DNA of 61,042 nt, from positions 1-61,042 of the IMG/VR virus record IMGVR_UViG_3300042377_000298; one strand, given 5' to 3'. Origin of the DNA: a virus (taxonomy: Duplodnaviria > Caudoviricetes). The position numbers and the translations under genes are program-made. The notes under the pieces were generated by a model. It was not told the origin of the DNA and ran no database searches. It saw only the letters and a list, made by a program, of their open reading frames with translations. This document shows positions 32,105 to 41,084 of this stretch, one piece after another (within the stretch, counting starts at the first letter, position 1; each line of letters begins with the position of its first letter).

Positions 32105-33937
32105 TTAAGTCCAAGGCTTTTCACTTTGGGAATACATTGGACGAACAGGGCCTGGACTTGAAAGAAAACGCTTTGTAGCTTTATCAAACCAAGTGTTTGT
32201 CATTGGAATCTCACCAGTGGCACGTTGCTTGCGACAGATTAGTTTACCGCAAGGAGTAGACTCCCAGAACTCTTGCATTGCATCGTCTGGATAATCATTG
32301 GCTTTCATCTCTGCAAGGCGCTCATGCTTTGAAACATCGCGCCATACCGTAATAATGTTGTCTGGCATATTGCCCCATTCACTAGCACCTTGAATTTCTG
32401 CAATAGCTGGTGGGCTACTGACCCCTTCTCCACTCTTACGTGGATGAGCAACAACGTGGACATGCACAGGATAATTAGATGCAAAGACGCGAATATTATC
32501 AATGGCTTGTGCTTGTGCTGTATTGTCACCACGATCGACATCCATCGTCATGACGTTATCAATAACAAAATTAGTTACCCCATACCGTTTGTGTGCATGA
32601 ATAAACATGTTGATGAGTTTTAGAGGGTTTGCTTTTTCTCTGCTTTTGTAAATAAAGCAATGCTCGCTAAGGTATTTGAATGCTTTATCAAAATCATCAT
32701 TAGCAACAATCTCTGAACTACCAGTCATATTCATCAATATGGAACCAAACGTTCGCTCTGGAGGCTGTTCAAAAGAAGCAACAACACTCATCACCCCACG
32801 CGCAGCTAAGTTAGCAACTTGATTTTGCACGGCTTGAGACTTGCCTTGCGAAGTGTATCCAAACCATAAAGTAATCTCATGCTTACGGAATGTAAGGTCA
32901 AAGCCCGGCAGGAAGAATGGATCGCCATCAAAAAGATAGTCGCCACGAATGAAGTCAATAACTCCACTCTTCATCTCCTTGGCATCTACAATCTCGTCAA
33001 GCTGACCTTTGGCAGTAGAGTCAATAAGATTTATAATCTCCCCGCCACGACCAGCTTTGAGCATGTCATTAGCGTCCTTGAGTGGGAGGTTTACAATGAT
33101 GCATTTGTCAATGCCAAGCCTTGCTGCAACATCTGCCGAGCATTTCTTGCCAGCAGCATCACTGTCCATAATAAGAACAATGGTATCAAAGTAAGAAAGA
33201 TATTCATAATCCTCCTTAATCCAGTTCATGTTTGACACGCCAGAAGGAATTGAAACAGCAGGAAGTCCAAGTTCATATAGAGCCAAAGCGTCCCATTGAC
33301 CTTCTACAATAATCAACCGATCACTATTAGAAGAAGGATCACAAACATCTTTACCAAACAAATTGTGAACAGGGTTTGCACTGCTCCACATTGTTTTGTC
33401 ATTATTGGGCATCCAGTGTTTAGTCAGGCTAAGCCGTGATTCGCAGTCATAGTGGGGGAAAATAAACTCTCCACGACTTCCTGATCCCACACTGTAAGTC
33501 TCTAATGTCTTTTTATTAATCTTACGAGTAGCAGCATACTTAATGCAATCTTCATTGAGGGGTTGGATTAACTCTGCTAGCTCTTTGTAATTTGATGACT
33601 TGTTTGCCCCTGAAAAGTTTTGAATAGGAGCTACATTGAGAAAATTACCAAGCCATGCAATACTAGCGGGGATAGAAATCCCTTTAACTAGATGCACAAG
33701 CTTCCATGCGCTGCCCTTAATTGAGGGATTTGCATGGTCATAGAATTGCCCAATGTTATACGTCTTAGTTGAAATGCTAAGGCTGTCGCCGGGATTGCCA
33801 TCAATGTTGCCAATGCGGTAACACCCAGTTTGTTTCTTAGCTGCGGGAAACAAGGTTAGAACGAACTCGTCAATGCGATATTCTAGCTTTGTTTTAATTT
33901 CTTGTAAGTCGTATATTGTCTTTGTTTCAGTCATCAT
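32105..33937 (-). CDS. Primase-helicase (T7 gp4 / Twinkle-like)
   Basis: TOPRIM (VEGQWDA, MDSDAAG, KDAND) fused to an SF4 helicase (GYTSQGKS, FEQ, VIDN, VAHPRK, KQR). Confidence 0.9.
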   Translation of the reverse strand: MMTETKTIYDLQEIKTKLEYRIDEFVLTLFPAAKKQTGCYRIGNIDGNPGDSLSISTKTYNIGQFYDHANPSIKGSAWKLVHLVKGISIPASIAWLGNFLNVAPIQNFSGANKSSNYKELAELIQPLNEDCIKYAATRKINKKTLETYSVGSGSRGEFIFPHYDCESRLSLTKHWMPNNDKTMWSSANPVHNLFGKDVCDPSSNSDRLIIVEGQWDALALYELGLPAVSIPSGVSNMNWIKEDYEYLSYFDTIVLIMDSDAAGKKCSADVAARLGIDKCIIVNLPLKDANDMLKAGRGGEIINLIDSTAKGQLDEIVDAKEMKSGVIDFIRGDYLFDGDPFFLPGFDLTFRKHEITLWFGYTSQGKSQAVQNQVANLAARGVMSVVASFEQPPERTFGSILMNMTGSSEIVANDDFDKAFKYLSEHCFIYKSREKANPLKLINMFIHAHKRYGVTNFVIDNVMTMDVDRGDNTAQAQAIDNIRVFASNYPVHVHVVAHPRKSGEGVSSPPAIAEIQGASEWGNMPDNIITVWRDVSKHERLAEMKANDYPDDAMQEFWESTPCGKLICRKQRATGEIPMTNTWFDKATKRFLSSPGPVRPMYSQSEKPWT

Positions 33938-34343
33938 TAAATTGCTTTTGATTTATTTCTTCTATTGCTTTTGTTACAGGATCAAACCCAATGGTTGCTG
34001 CCATTGAGCCAATCAAAGAAGTAACAAAATTCAATCCTATTGCATCAGCCATAGGAACTAACATCATTACTTGATTCATATTCTTCTCCATGATTTCAAT
34101 GCTTTGCGCATCAGGAAGTTTTTTGAATTCATCTACGTATTCAGAATTTTCTTCTGATTCACGCTTAAATGCTTCTGTTATTTCTTTTTGAAGAAATGTC
34201 GTTAAATCTCCAATCTCGATAATAATGTTTCTTAATCCTTCGTGCGTATCTTGTGCTCCTTCCCGTTGATCTTGATCACATTGGTTTTCAGATTGATCAC
34301 AATTTCCGCTGTCGGTTCCGTCATGCTTTTGGTTCTCTTCCAT
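33927..34343 (-). CDS. Hypothetical protein
   Basis: Fills the gap before the primase gene. Overlaps the upstream gene by 112 nt, so the start is uncertain. Confidence 0.5.
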   Translation of the reverse strand: MEENQKHDGTDSGNCDQSENQCDQDQREGAQDTHEGLRNIIIEIGDLTTFLQKEITEAFKRESEENSEYVDEFKKLPDAQSIEIMEKNMNQVMMLVPMADAIGLNFVTSLIGSMAATIGFDPVTKAIEEINQKQFNDD

Positions 34344-35227
34344 AAATTATTTTCGTCGCAAGTCACATAGTCAATTGAAGCATCTTTACATGCTGCAATC
34401 AAATCAATTGCTTGGTCTTTAGATGATAGGTCAACAATTACTGAGTTGCCTATTTTTTTGCAAATACTTGCAAGACTTCTTACATTTTTAGCTGACAATC
34501 CAATCTCTTCAGCTTTTTTAAGGATAAGATCTTTGTCTTCTTTTTCAATTTTAGAGTAAAATGCTTCTTTGTGGTGGCTGAATGATAGATTGAACTTTCG
34601 TCCATTGTATTCCTTGAACACGCTTACTGCTGTCACGATAGTATTGTATGCTTTGTCAGATACTTCAATTACCTGACTTACATCAAATTGATTGCCAAAA
34701 TAGTTTTCTAGTTCTGACGTGATACTGCCAAGCAGCCAAGTTGAATAGTCGTCAATTTTATCTGTTACTTCACGCGCTACAAATATTCGGTCAATTACTT
34801 TATAGGCTTGCTCTAAAGTAGGAGGATTATCTGATCTCATTACAGCTTGCCCACCATCTCTGATTATGAAGTGCTCTGAAATCGGATCTGTTACAATCTG
34901 CATTAAAGCAGCAACATCTTGTCGCTTGTCGTCAATTTGATCAGGATGGCTCAGGACGGCGGTTACGTCAACTTTGGATACAACATGCACCTCAGTTAGT
35001 TGCGTCTCTTCTAGGCACTGTTCTGGCTCTCTGGTGAGCAACGAGATGAAATCTTCTACTCGCTTTTTAATTACTCCGCTATAAGCGTTCCCTGTAAGCT
35101 CTTTCCCATTTCGATATTGAGCTAAAAGTTCTGCAATAACGTCGTATGGAATTGAATATTCTTCACTTACCGCTCCGATGTCATCATTTTCTAATGGAAT
35201 TCCGTCAAGATATACTGTGTCTGTCAT
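34232..35227 (-). CDS. Hypothetical protein, possibly DNA-binding
   Basis: 331 aa. 'WLLG...LSFSHHKE...LKKAEE.GLS...VR' resembles phage DNA-binding modules. Confidence 0.55.
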   Translation of the reverse strand: MTDTVYLDGIPLENDDIGAVSEEYSIPYDVIAELLAQYRNGKELTGNAYSGVIKKRVEDFISLLTREPEQCLEETQLTEVHVVSKVDVTAVLSHPDQIDDKRQDVAALMQIVTDPISEHFIIRDGGQAVMRSDNPPTLEQAYKVIDRIFVAREVTDKIDDYSTWLLGSITSELENYFGNQFDVSQVIEVSDKAYNTIVTAVSVFKEYNGRKFNLSFSHHKEAFYSKIEKEDKDLILKKAEEIGLSAKNVRSLASICKKIGNSVIVDLSSKDQAIDLIAACKDASIDYVTCDENNLWKRTKSMTEPTAEIVINLKTNVIKINGKEHKIRTKD

Positions 35228-35229
35228 TT

Positions 35230-35472
35230 TTATTCTTCTTCACTTGTTGTTTCTAACCCCAATCCATTGATTCCAGCTTCTCTAAGCAGTAAATCATATG
35301 CATTTGGTGGGTCAGGTTGGTTGAATTTGAAATTTGCTGCAAGTTTTAATTTGTATAAGATATGTTTTTCATGCTGATGAACAGTTTCCCATTTTCCTGT
35401 TTCTTCTACAAATCTCACTTCCAGAAACATTTTGGCAATTTGATGCCAGTTTTCAATTATTGATACCTTCAT
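35230..35472 (-). CDS. Hypothetical protein
   Basis: Tightly packed ORF in the operon. Confidence 0.5.
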   Translation of the reverse strand: MKVSIIENWHQIAKMFLEVRFVEETGKWETVHQHEKHILYKLKLAANFKFNQPDPPNAYDLLLREAGINGLGLETTSEEE

Positions 35473-35719
35473 CGTATTGATCTTGCATTTTTTGCAGGAC
35501 TTTCCTTGCTATCCCAGCCATTTCAAAAATAACTGAAGCATCATCATTGATCAATAAGGAACTTTTTACTCCCCAAGGATCAGAAATTTCACGCAATGCA
35601 TCAACCATTTCTGGCAAATTCATTGCTGCAACAGTATCTGCCTCTTTAACTACAATGTAATTTAACTGATCTACTCCCCATGGTGAAGGAGTGATGTCTT
35701 GCAAGATTGATTTGTTCAT
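35453..35719 (-). CDS. Hypothetical protein
   Basis: TPSPW N-terminal motif typical of small phage proteins. Confidence 0.5.
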   Translation of the reverse strand: MNKSILQDITPSPWGVDQLNYIVVKEADTVAAMNLPEMVDALREISDPWGVKSSLLINDDASVIFEMAGIARKVLQKMQDQYDEGINN

Positions 35720-36024
35720 TGTTCTGTTTCAGTAAAAGTTAAAATATAAGCTTTGGGATGCGTTTGATTTAATTGCTCTAGTCTACTTAATACTGCTGAT
35801 CTTACTGGCGTTACAAAAACAAAAAGTCCTTCAGCGTAAATAGCATAAAGCTTTTTCTTTTCTGGATTTTTTTCATAATGATATTTCTCCCAGTTCCATG
35901 ATGGATTTAAGTCTAATTCAAATGGGTCATCAACATAATACTTTATTCGGGATACCACTTCGCCGCCATTAAAGAAATGACGCATTACTTCAACCATGTA
36001 TTCAGTATCAATTTTTTCTTCCAT
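35716..36024 (-). CDS. Hypothetical protein
   Basis: PSWNW...Y motif typical of small phage proteins. Confidence 0.55.
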   Translation of the reverse strand: MEEKIDTEYMVEVMRHFFNGGEVVSRIKYYVDDPFELDLNPSWNWEKYHYEKNPEKKKLYAIYAEGLFVFVTPVRSAVLSRLEQLNQTHPKAYILTFTETEQ

Positions 36025-36028
36025 ATAT

Positions 36029-37033
36029 TTAGTTGGCTAAAGATACTGCTGACTCAAGGAGTTTTGTTCCGCGTTTTACATTGTTTTCCCAATCTTGCTC
36101 AAAGCGTTGAGCAGCAATGGTTTTTGTCAATGCAGATGCGCCCCAGTTACTAGTGTAGTTCTGTGACCCAGCTTCTTTACGATTTGATGACTCGTGCGTC
36201 TCAAACTCTGTAAGTGCTTGGAAGGCATCAAGGCGTGTGCGACCTTCATTGCCGCGACCAGAATCAAACAACTCACCAATGCGAGCAGCTTTTTGAACAA
36301 GGGCATTTGTTCCTTTGTCCATGTTGCGACCATGAATACCAGCAGCCCAAGCTTTTGCTTCATCTCGTGAGCATTGCACATCATGTGCGCGCTGCAACAT
36401 AGACTTGAACATATTTGAAGTGCCAGCAAAGCCATCAATTGCATCAATAAGGCGAGAAACATTTACCTCAAGCATTTGGGTGTGCTTAGCTTTGCCAAGT
36501 TCTACACCAGAAGCCATGGATGCCATGAATGTATTATTGCAAACTGTGCAGAAATTAAGGTATTTAGCCGTAAGTGCTGTAGTTTTGTCAAAAGAATCCA
36601 ATACTGTAATGAAATCATCAAATTGGCGACCAGCAACTTCAAAACCTTCAGTAACCTTAAGCGAAGCAAATATCTTGCGACGATTATCAACTGTGCCAGC
36701 AGATACAATTTGATAAGGAGTTTGTCCCATTCCCTTCTTGATCACATCCCAAAACATATTGATTGATGATGGTTGATAGCTTGTGCCGTATGGATCACCA
36801 ATTGGGAGCCAATCGTCATTAGCCAATAGAATCTTGAATTCTGGATCTTCGATATAAATATCTTTGGTAACGCCGAAGTAATCTTGTTCCTGTCTTTTGT
36901 AGTAGATAGGGGACTCAACAACCTCAAAGGGCATAGAGTTCTCTTGGTTAACTTCGGAGACAATAGTTGTCAGATTGTGCCATGCTTGCTCTAGCCCTGC
37001 TTGGATGTCGCGTTCTTGAATTAGGTGTGCCAT
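36029..37033 (-). CDS. DUF932 / DUF945-family protein
   Basis: AWHNL, YQP, SAGTVDNRRKIF, SFD, VCNNT, KHT, AFQALTEFETH. Confidence 0.8.
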   Translation of the reverse strand: MAHLIQERDIQAGLEQAWHNLTTIVSEVNQENSMPFEVVESPIYYKRQEQDYFGVTKDIYIEDPEFKILLANDDWLPIGDPYGTSYQPSSINMFWDVIKKGMGQTPYQIVSAGTVDNRRKIFASLKVTEGFEVAGRQFDDFITVLDSFDKTTALTAKYLNFCTVCNNTFMASMASGVELGKAKHTQMLEVNVSRLIDAIDGFAGTSNMFKSMLQRAHDVQCSRDEAKAWAAGIHGRNMDKGTNALVQKAARIGELFDSGRGNEGRTRLDAFQALTEFETHESSNRKEAGSQNYTSNWGASALTKTIAAQRFEQDWENNVKRGTKLLESAVSLAN

Positions 37034-37075
37034 AATTTTGGTTGTATTTTTTGTTGTTTGTTTTAATGTTTGGCT

Positions 37076-37627
37076 ATGGAGCCATCTGGTTTATCAATTA
37101 ATCCACCTGTAAAGGTGGAATGGAAAGGGAATATTATCTATGTTAGTGGTGCTAGAGCAGCATTGATGGAAAATAAAATTCAATTTGAAGATCGTGATGA
37201 ATTTCTAAAAGCTATTTATGATGTAAATCCATCATTGGTTACAGACCCTAATGCTAAATCTCAATACAAAATTCATTTAGGAGACTTCCTCCAATACCTA
37301 AAGGCACTAAAGGCGCGCTGGTCTGATGGTATACCTTTGGTCACTGAAGACGAAGCTACACGTAGATCAAAAATTTGCATGTTATGTCCAGAGAAGTCAA
37401 AAGCTAATGGATGCTATGGGTGTAGCGGAATATCCAAGCTACTCATGCATATCCCAAAGACATTAATGGAAAACACAGATGGTTGCGGGGTTTGCAAATG
37501 TTACTTAAATAATAAGATCTGGATGAGTAATGAAGTTCTAGAGGTTGATACTAGAGATCTTCAGTATCCTTCAAACTGTTGGATACACGAAGCTTCTCTT
37601 CAGCAGTTACCTGTGAATGACAAGTAA
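37076..37627 (+). CDS. Cys-rich hypothetical protein, counter-oriented
   Basis: CxxC, CxxC, CxxCxC and C-terminal CW. Long ORF with no competing - strand gene over most of its length. Confidence 0.7.
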   Translation: MEPSGLSINPPVKVEWKGNIIYVSGARAALMENKIQFEDRDEFLKAIYDVNPSLVTDPNAKSQYKIHLGDFLQYLKALKARWSDGIPLVTEDEATRRSKICMLCPEKSKANGCYGCSGISKLLMHIPKTLMENTDGCGVCKCYLNNKIWMSNEVLEVDTRDLQYPSNCWIHEASLQQLPVNDK

Positions 37628-37988
37628 TGCACAATGCTCTAAAGCCTGACGCTTCGCAAAACAATCGTTGAGCAAAGCTAGGCAAGTCCTCAAATTCCCT
37701 CAAGCTGCCAGCTGGTATTATGTGATCAATTTGAATTTCTTTGCCCGGATATATGCTTTTACACAAAGCACATTTGTAATGCTTTGATACTCTTTTTGTT
37801 TTCTCATTCATCCGTGTGTCAAAGTATGCTGCTTTTAAGCAATCAAACTTTGGTTGCCAACGTGTGCTGGCACTACGTAATGCACTTCTTATGAACCCAA
37901 AGAAACGAGATTTTGTCCATTCGCCACTATTATATGGACGATCAACATCTAGCTTCCTCTTTACTGGTCTTGCTTTTTTCTTAGCCAT
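37551..37988 (-). CDS. HNH endonuclease
   Basis: 'FIRSALR...W', CALC, QIDHIIP, LCITCH. Confidence 0.8.
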   Translation of the reverse strand: MAKKKARPVKRKLDVDRPYNSGEWTKSRFFGFIRSALRSASTRWQPKFDCLKAAYFDTRMNEKTKRVSKHYKCALCKSIYPGKEIQIDHIIPAGSLREFEDLPSFAQRLFCEASGFRALCITCHSQVTAEEKLRVSNSLKDTEDL

Positions 37989-38202
37989 ATTCTTTCTCAT
38001 GGCAAATCTCGCATATTAAACGCAAATCTACAATCTTTTGTATGAAATCTTTTTTTATTCCTTGTGCAGGAAAGTTTACAAATGATTTTTTTGTAATTGA
38101 AAAGTAGCGTTCAACATCATCATTGATCTCTTGAGCAGTCACTTTGCTTTTGCAATCTTGACACTCCACAATGACATTTTTTAGTTCTATTGATTCATCC
38201 AT
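37981..38202 (-). CDS. Zinc-finger protein
   Basis: CQDC...CEIC. Confidence 0.55.
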   Translation of the reverse strand: MDESIELKNVIVECQDCKSKVTAQEINDDVERYFSITKKSFVNFPAQGIKKDFIQKIVDLRLICEICHEKEYG

Positions 38203-38309
38203 ATTGATGAGTAGTTAATTGTAATTGATACAGACTATTTCCGGTCTGTAAGCGGAGCTATTGTTCCATGTTTAACAAAATTATTCCATGGAATTATTAC
38301 AAGTTTCCT

Positions 38310-38867
38310 TCAATCGTTCACGTCTACAACTTCTTCAGGAACTGCTTCCTTGAGTTGTTGCTCACCGAAACCCCACATTGCTGCGTATTCAGGCGCACGA
38401 GACACGATTTTCTCTATTGTTACTTTGTCGATCTCCATAACTCGGAGAGCTTCTTGCAATTCAAATGTGAATAGCGCCATCTGTTTAGCAAGCTCGTGTA
38501 AGGGTAGCTTGTTGGCTGACGGAGCATGTGTTGGTTTGCTGGTAGAAGTAGTTACAGTCGGGACAGTAACGCTTGCACCAGAGATTGTGCATGATTCACT
38601 AGAAATGCTTACAGCGCCATTGTATTCATTCTTTTTGAGAGTTCCTACAAATGTAACTGTATCACCTTGGTTCAGATTGCATTCACATGCAGCACCCCAT
38701 AATGACATTTTGGATTTACCAGAATTATCTGAGATGCTGATGTTGCGATAGTTTTTCCCATTGGAGCTTTGCTTTGTCTCATAAACTGCATCGATCTTGA
38801 CAGGACCAAGTGACATTGCTGTTCCTCTTTGAGGTAAATTTAATACTTGATGAATTGTGCTTGCCAT
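38310..38867 (-). CDS. OB-fold ssDNA-binding protein (RPA-like)
   Basis: 'NISISDNSGKSKMSLWG...GDTV...KNEYNG' OB-fold pattern, acidic C-terminus. Confidence 0.65.
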   Translation of the reverse strand: MASTIHQVLNLPQRGTAMSLGPVKIDAVYETKQSSNGKNYRNISISDNSGKSKMSLWGAACECNLNQGDTVTFVGTLKKNEYNGAVSISSESCTISGASVTVPTVTTSTSKPTHAPSANKLPLHELAKQMALFTFELQEALRVMEIDKVTIEKIVSRAPEYAAMWGFGEQQLKEAVPEEVVDVND

Positions 38868-38906
38868 ATTTATTTTTTAATTGATTACAGTTTTTAACTT
38901 AACAAA

Positions 38907-39191
38907 TTAAAATCCTTCGTCAACTGCTGACTCCAACTCTTTTGACGTTTTAATTCCGTCACGAACGTAAATTACTTTCCCATTGCCAATATAGGTTTTG
39001 GGTTTTTTAGCCTTACGCTCATCTTCGCTTTGGCTGATTGTAGCCGATACGTTTTGTTTGAATTTATCATTCTTGTCATCTATGAAAAGAGTCAAGGGAA
39101 TGTAAGTTGCGTTTTTCCCGACGATAAACGTAGCTGGGTCTAGTTTATCAAGGTCTTCTTTCTTCAAGCTGATGCTTATAATTGCTGACAT
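38907..39191 (-). CDS. Putative small SSB-like protein
   Basis: 'GKNATY...SQSEDERK...YIGNGK' with an acidic/aromatic tail (DEGF). Confidence 0.5.
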   Translation of the reverse strand: MSAIISISLKKEDLDKLDPATFIVGKNATYIPLTLFIDDKNDKFKQNVSATISQSEDERKAKKPKTYIGNGKVIYVRDGIKTSKELESAVDEGF

Positions 39192-39194
39192 AAT

Positions 39195-39776
39195 TTATTT
39201 AATTAATCTAGTTTTGTTGTTTTGGTATGCGGCTTGAACTACTGGGTTCGCGCCGTGAATTGTTGTGTTTGCTTTGGCAAGTTTTGCGTCAAGCTCGGCA
39301 AGTGTAGTTTGTGCATTGAAAGATGCAATAATTTTATTGACCAATTCTGAATTTATTTCTGAAGCATTATCTCTTTTTCCGTGGTCATTGGTAGCGTCAG
39401 CATCTTTTGTGTCGTCAATGCAGAACAAGCCATTAAGGGCATACTTGCGTGAGTAAGATGAACAAGCTCCTGTAACTTGGGCCGAGTCTTGCCCTTTCTT
39501 TTCGTCAGCTTCACGTGCAAAAGCACTTACTTCTAGCCACTCTCCTGTCTCAACACTAATTAAGCGAGCAGTAGATCGAACGTAAATTCTATCCCCGATC
39601 ATTGAGATGTCGTCACTTATAGTTAACGCAAGACTGTTTTGAGCAAGAAGAGGTTTAACTGCTTCTAAAATGCCTTCCGCATTGCGATAATTGTATTTAG
39701 CAAAAGCGTTAAATTGATCTTTGGGGCATTTCAAGTCACGTTGGACTTTACATAGTTTATGAGCAATGTCTTTCAT
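39195..39776 (-). CDS. erf: ERF-family ssDNA annealing protein
   Basis: PK.QFN.F.KYNYR, ILEAVKP, AQVTGACSSYSRKYALNGLF.IDD.KDAD. Confidence 0.9.
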   Translation of the reverse strand: MKDIAHKLCKVQRDLKCPKDQFNAFAKYNYRNAEGILEAVKPLLAQNSLALTISDDISMIGDRIYVRSTARLISVETGEWLEVSAFAREADEKKGQDSAQVTGACSSYSRKYALNGLFCIDDTKDADATNDHGKRDNASEINSELVNKIIASFNAQTTLAELDAKLAKANTTIHGANPVVQAAYQNNKTRLIK

Positions 39777-39780
39777 TTTT

Positions 39781-40212
39781 TTATTTTTGTGTTGGTTGAG
39801 TAAGAGCTTTTTCTATTGTCCATCCTCTGCTGATTCTTGTGCGGATGGTTTGTCTTTTAATGCCAGTGGCTTTTTGCCAATCTAGTAAATGCTTTGTCTG
39901 ATTATTGTGTGTTAAATAAATGGTGTTTTCTTTATTGTTAGCATTCATTTGAGGAGTTACAAATCGGCAGTTTTCAGGTGAGTATCCTTTGTAATTTTTG
40001 ATTCGATCAAGTTGAAGACCTTGTGCGTATCCATTGTTTTCAGCCCATTCAATAAATGCTGCGGCTGAAACCCATTCTTCACATACGGATATTTTCTTTT
40101 CTTTGTATGATTTTGTTTTTGGATAGTTACCTTTGCATCTTCGATGCATTTCTTTCCAGACTTCGTGAATTTTACTTCCTGTTTTTCCGTGCTTAGTGTA
40201 ACTTCTTTTCAT
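39781..40212 (-). CDS. HNH homing endonuclease
   Basis: W..M..RC, ISVCEEW, LDRIKN.KGYSPENCRF, C-terminal HTH. Inserted between the exonuclease and ERF genes. Confidence 0.85.
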   Translation of the reverse strand: MKRSYTKHGKTGSKIHEVWKEMHRRCKGNYPKTKSYKEKKISVCEEWVSAAAFIEWAENNGYAQGLQLDRIKNYKGYSPENCRFVTPQMNANNKENTIYLTHNNQTKHLLDWQKATGIKRQTIRTRISRGWTIEKALTQPTQK

Positions 40213-40262
40213 GAATGGGTGAATAATTACTCACGCTTTTGAAGTTGTCAATTGTTTTTTTA

Positions 40263-41084
40263 TTAATTTTCTGATTTGAATTGAGGACAACAATGCGCAA
40301 ATCCACAAAAAGAATTACAGTAGGTCTTTTCTCCTGCTCTTTTCTCAATGATTTCTCCAGGTTTAATGTTTTCATCAGCTTCTGCTTTAGTGTCATAGAC
40401 CCTTCTTGCTCGTTGTGCATCTGGTTTCTTGACTGCAAAAGTGTCTGGCTTTGCCCATTGTTCATCTAAGGTGCATTTCCTTGAATCCCCAAGCGAAGCT
40501 CTATGATGCTCCATAACACTGCTATAAATTAGCTTATTAGCATATTCTTCGTCATAAGGATGAATGAATGTTCTGATTGGTGTCTTTGGATACGATGGAT
40601 CAACCTTGCTTAGCATGTATTTCCAGTCTCGCTGGAAGTAAGTTACTCCTACATACTCGCATTTGATTCCATTTCTTATCGCCAACCAAGCATTCATTTG
40701 AACCTGTTTGTAATGTTCATCTTTTGCTTTCTCTTGAACGCCTCCAGTAGCTTTGTAATCATAAAGGCAATTGTCAGCCCAAAAATCCATTTGCCCTGAG
40801 ATAGTGACTGACTGATTTCCAATTACGATATTAGCAAAGTTTCTTACTTCAGCTAGTTCTCCATTCTCTGGACGCGCATACTTCTCAAGAATACTATGGA
40901 TTGCTGTGCCTAGGAGAGCCATGAAGGACGAATACTCGTCTTTTACGGGTTGTGAATGCATAGCGAGGTAAGTGCGCTGTGGCGGCCCCACAAGCTGCGT
41001 GACGGTGTAGTCTGAATTGCCTTTGTTATAGTCGCTTGCTGCTAGTGCGCGAGCAAACGGTGCTGGTAGTGATGAATTGGACAT
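40263..41084 (-). CDS. PD-(D/E)XK exonuclease (Cas4/RecB-like)
   Basis: GTAIH, E, GQMD, DYK, Q..MN and C-terminal C...C.....C. Confidence 0.8.
   Translation of the reverse strand: MSNSSLPAPFARALAASDYNKGNSDYTVTQLVGPPQRTYLAMHSQPVKDEYSSFMALLGTAIHSILEKYARPENGELAEVRNFANIVIGNQSVTISGQMDFWADNCLYDYKATGGVQEKAKDEHYKQVQMNAWLAIRNGIKCEYVGVTYFQRDWKYMLSKVDPSYPKTPIRTFIHPYDEEYANKLIYSSVMEHHRASLGDSRKCTLDEQWAKPDTFAVKKPDAQRARRVYDTKAEADENIKPGEIIEKRAGEKTYCNSFCGFAHCCPQFKSEN

Noticed and set aside
40263-41084. Cas4 as part of a CRISPR system
   Set aside because: No array or other cas genes. The context (ERF, SSB) indicates a recombination exonuclease.
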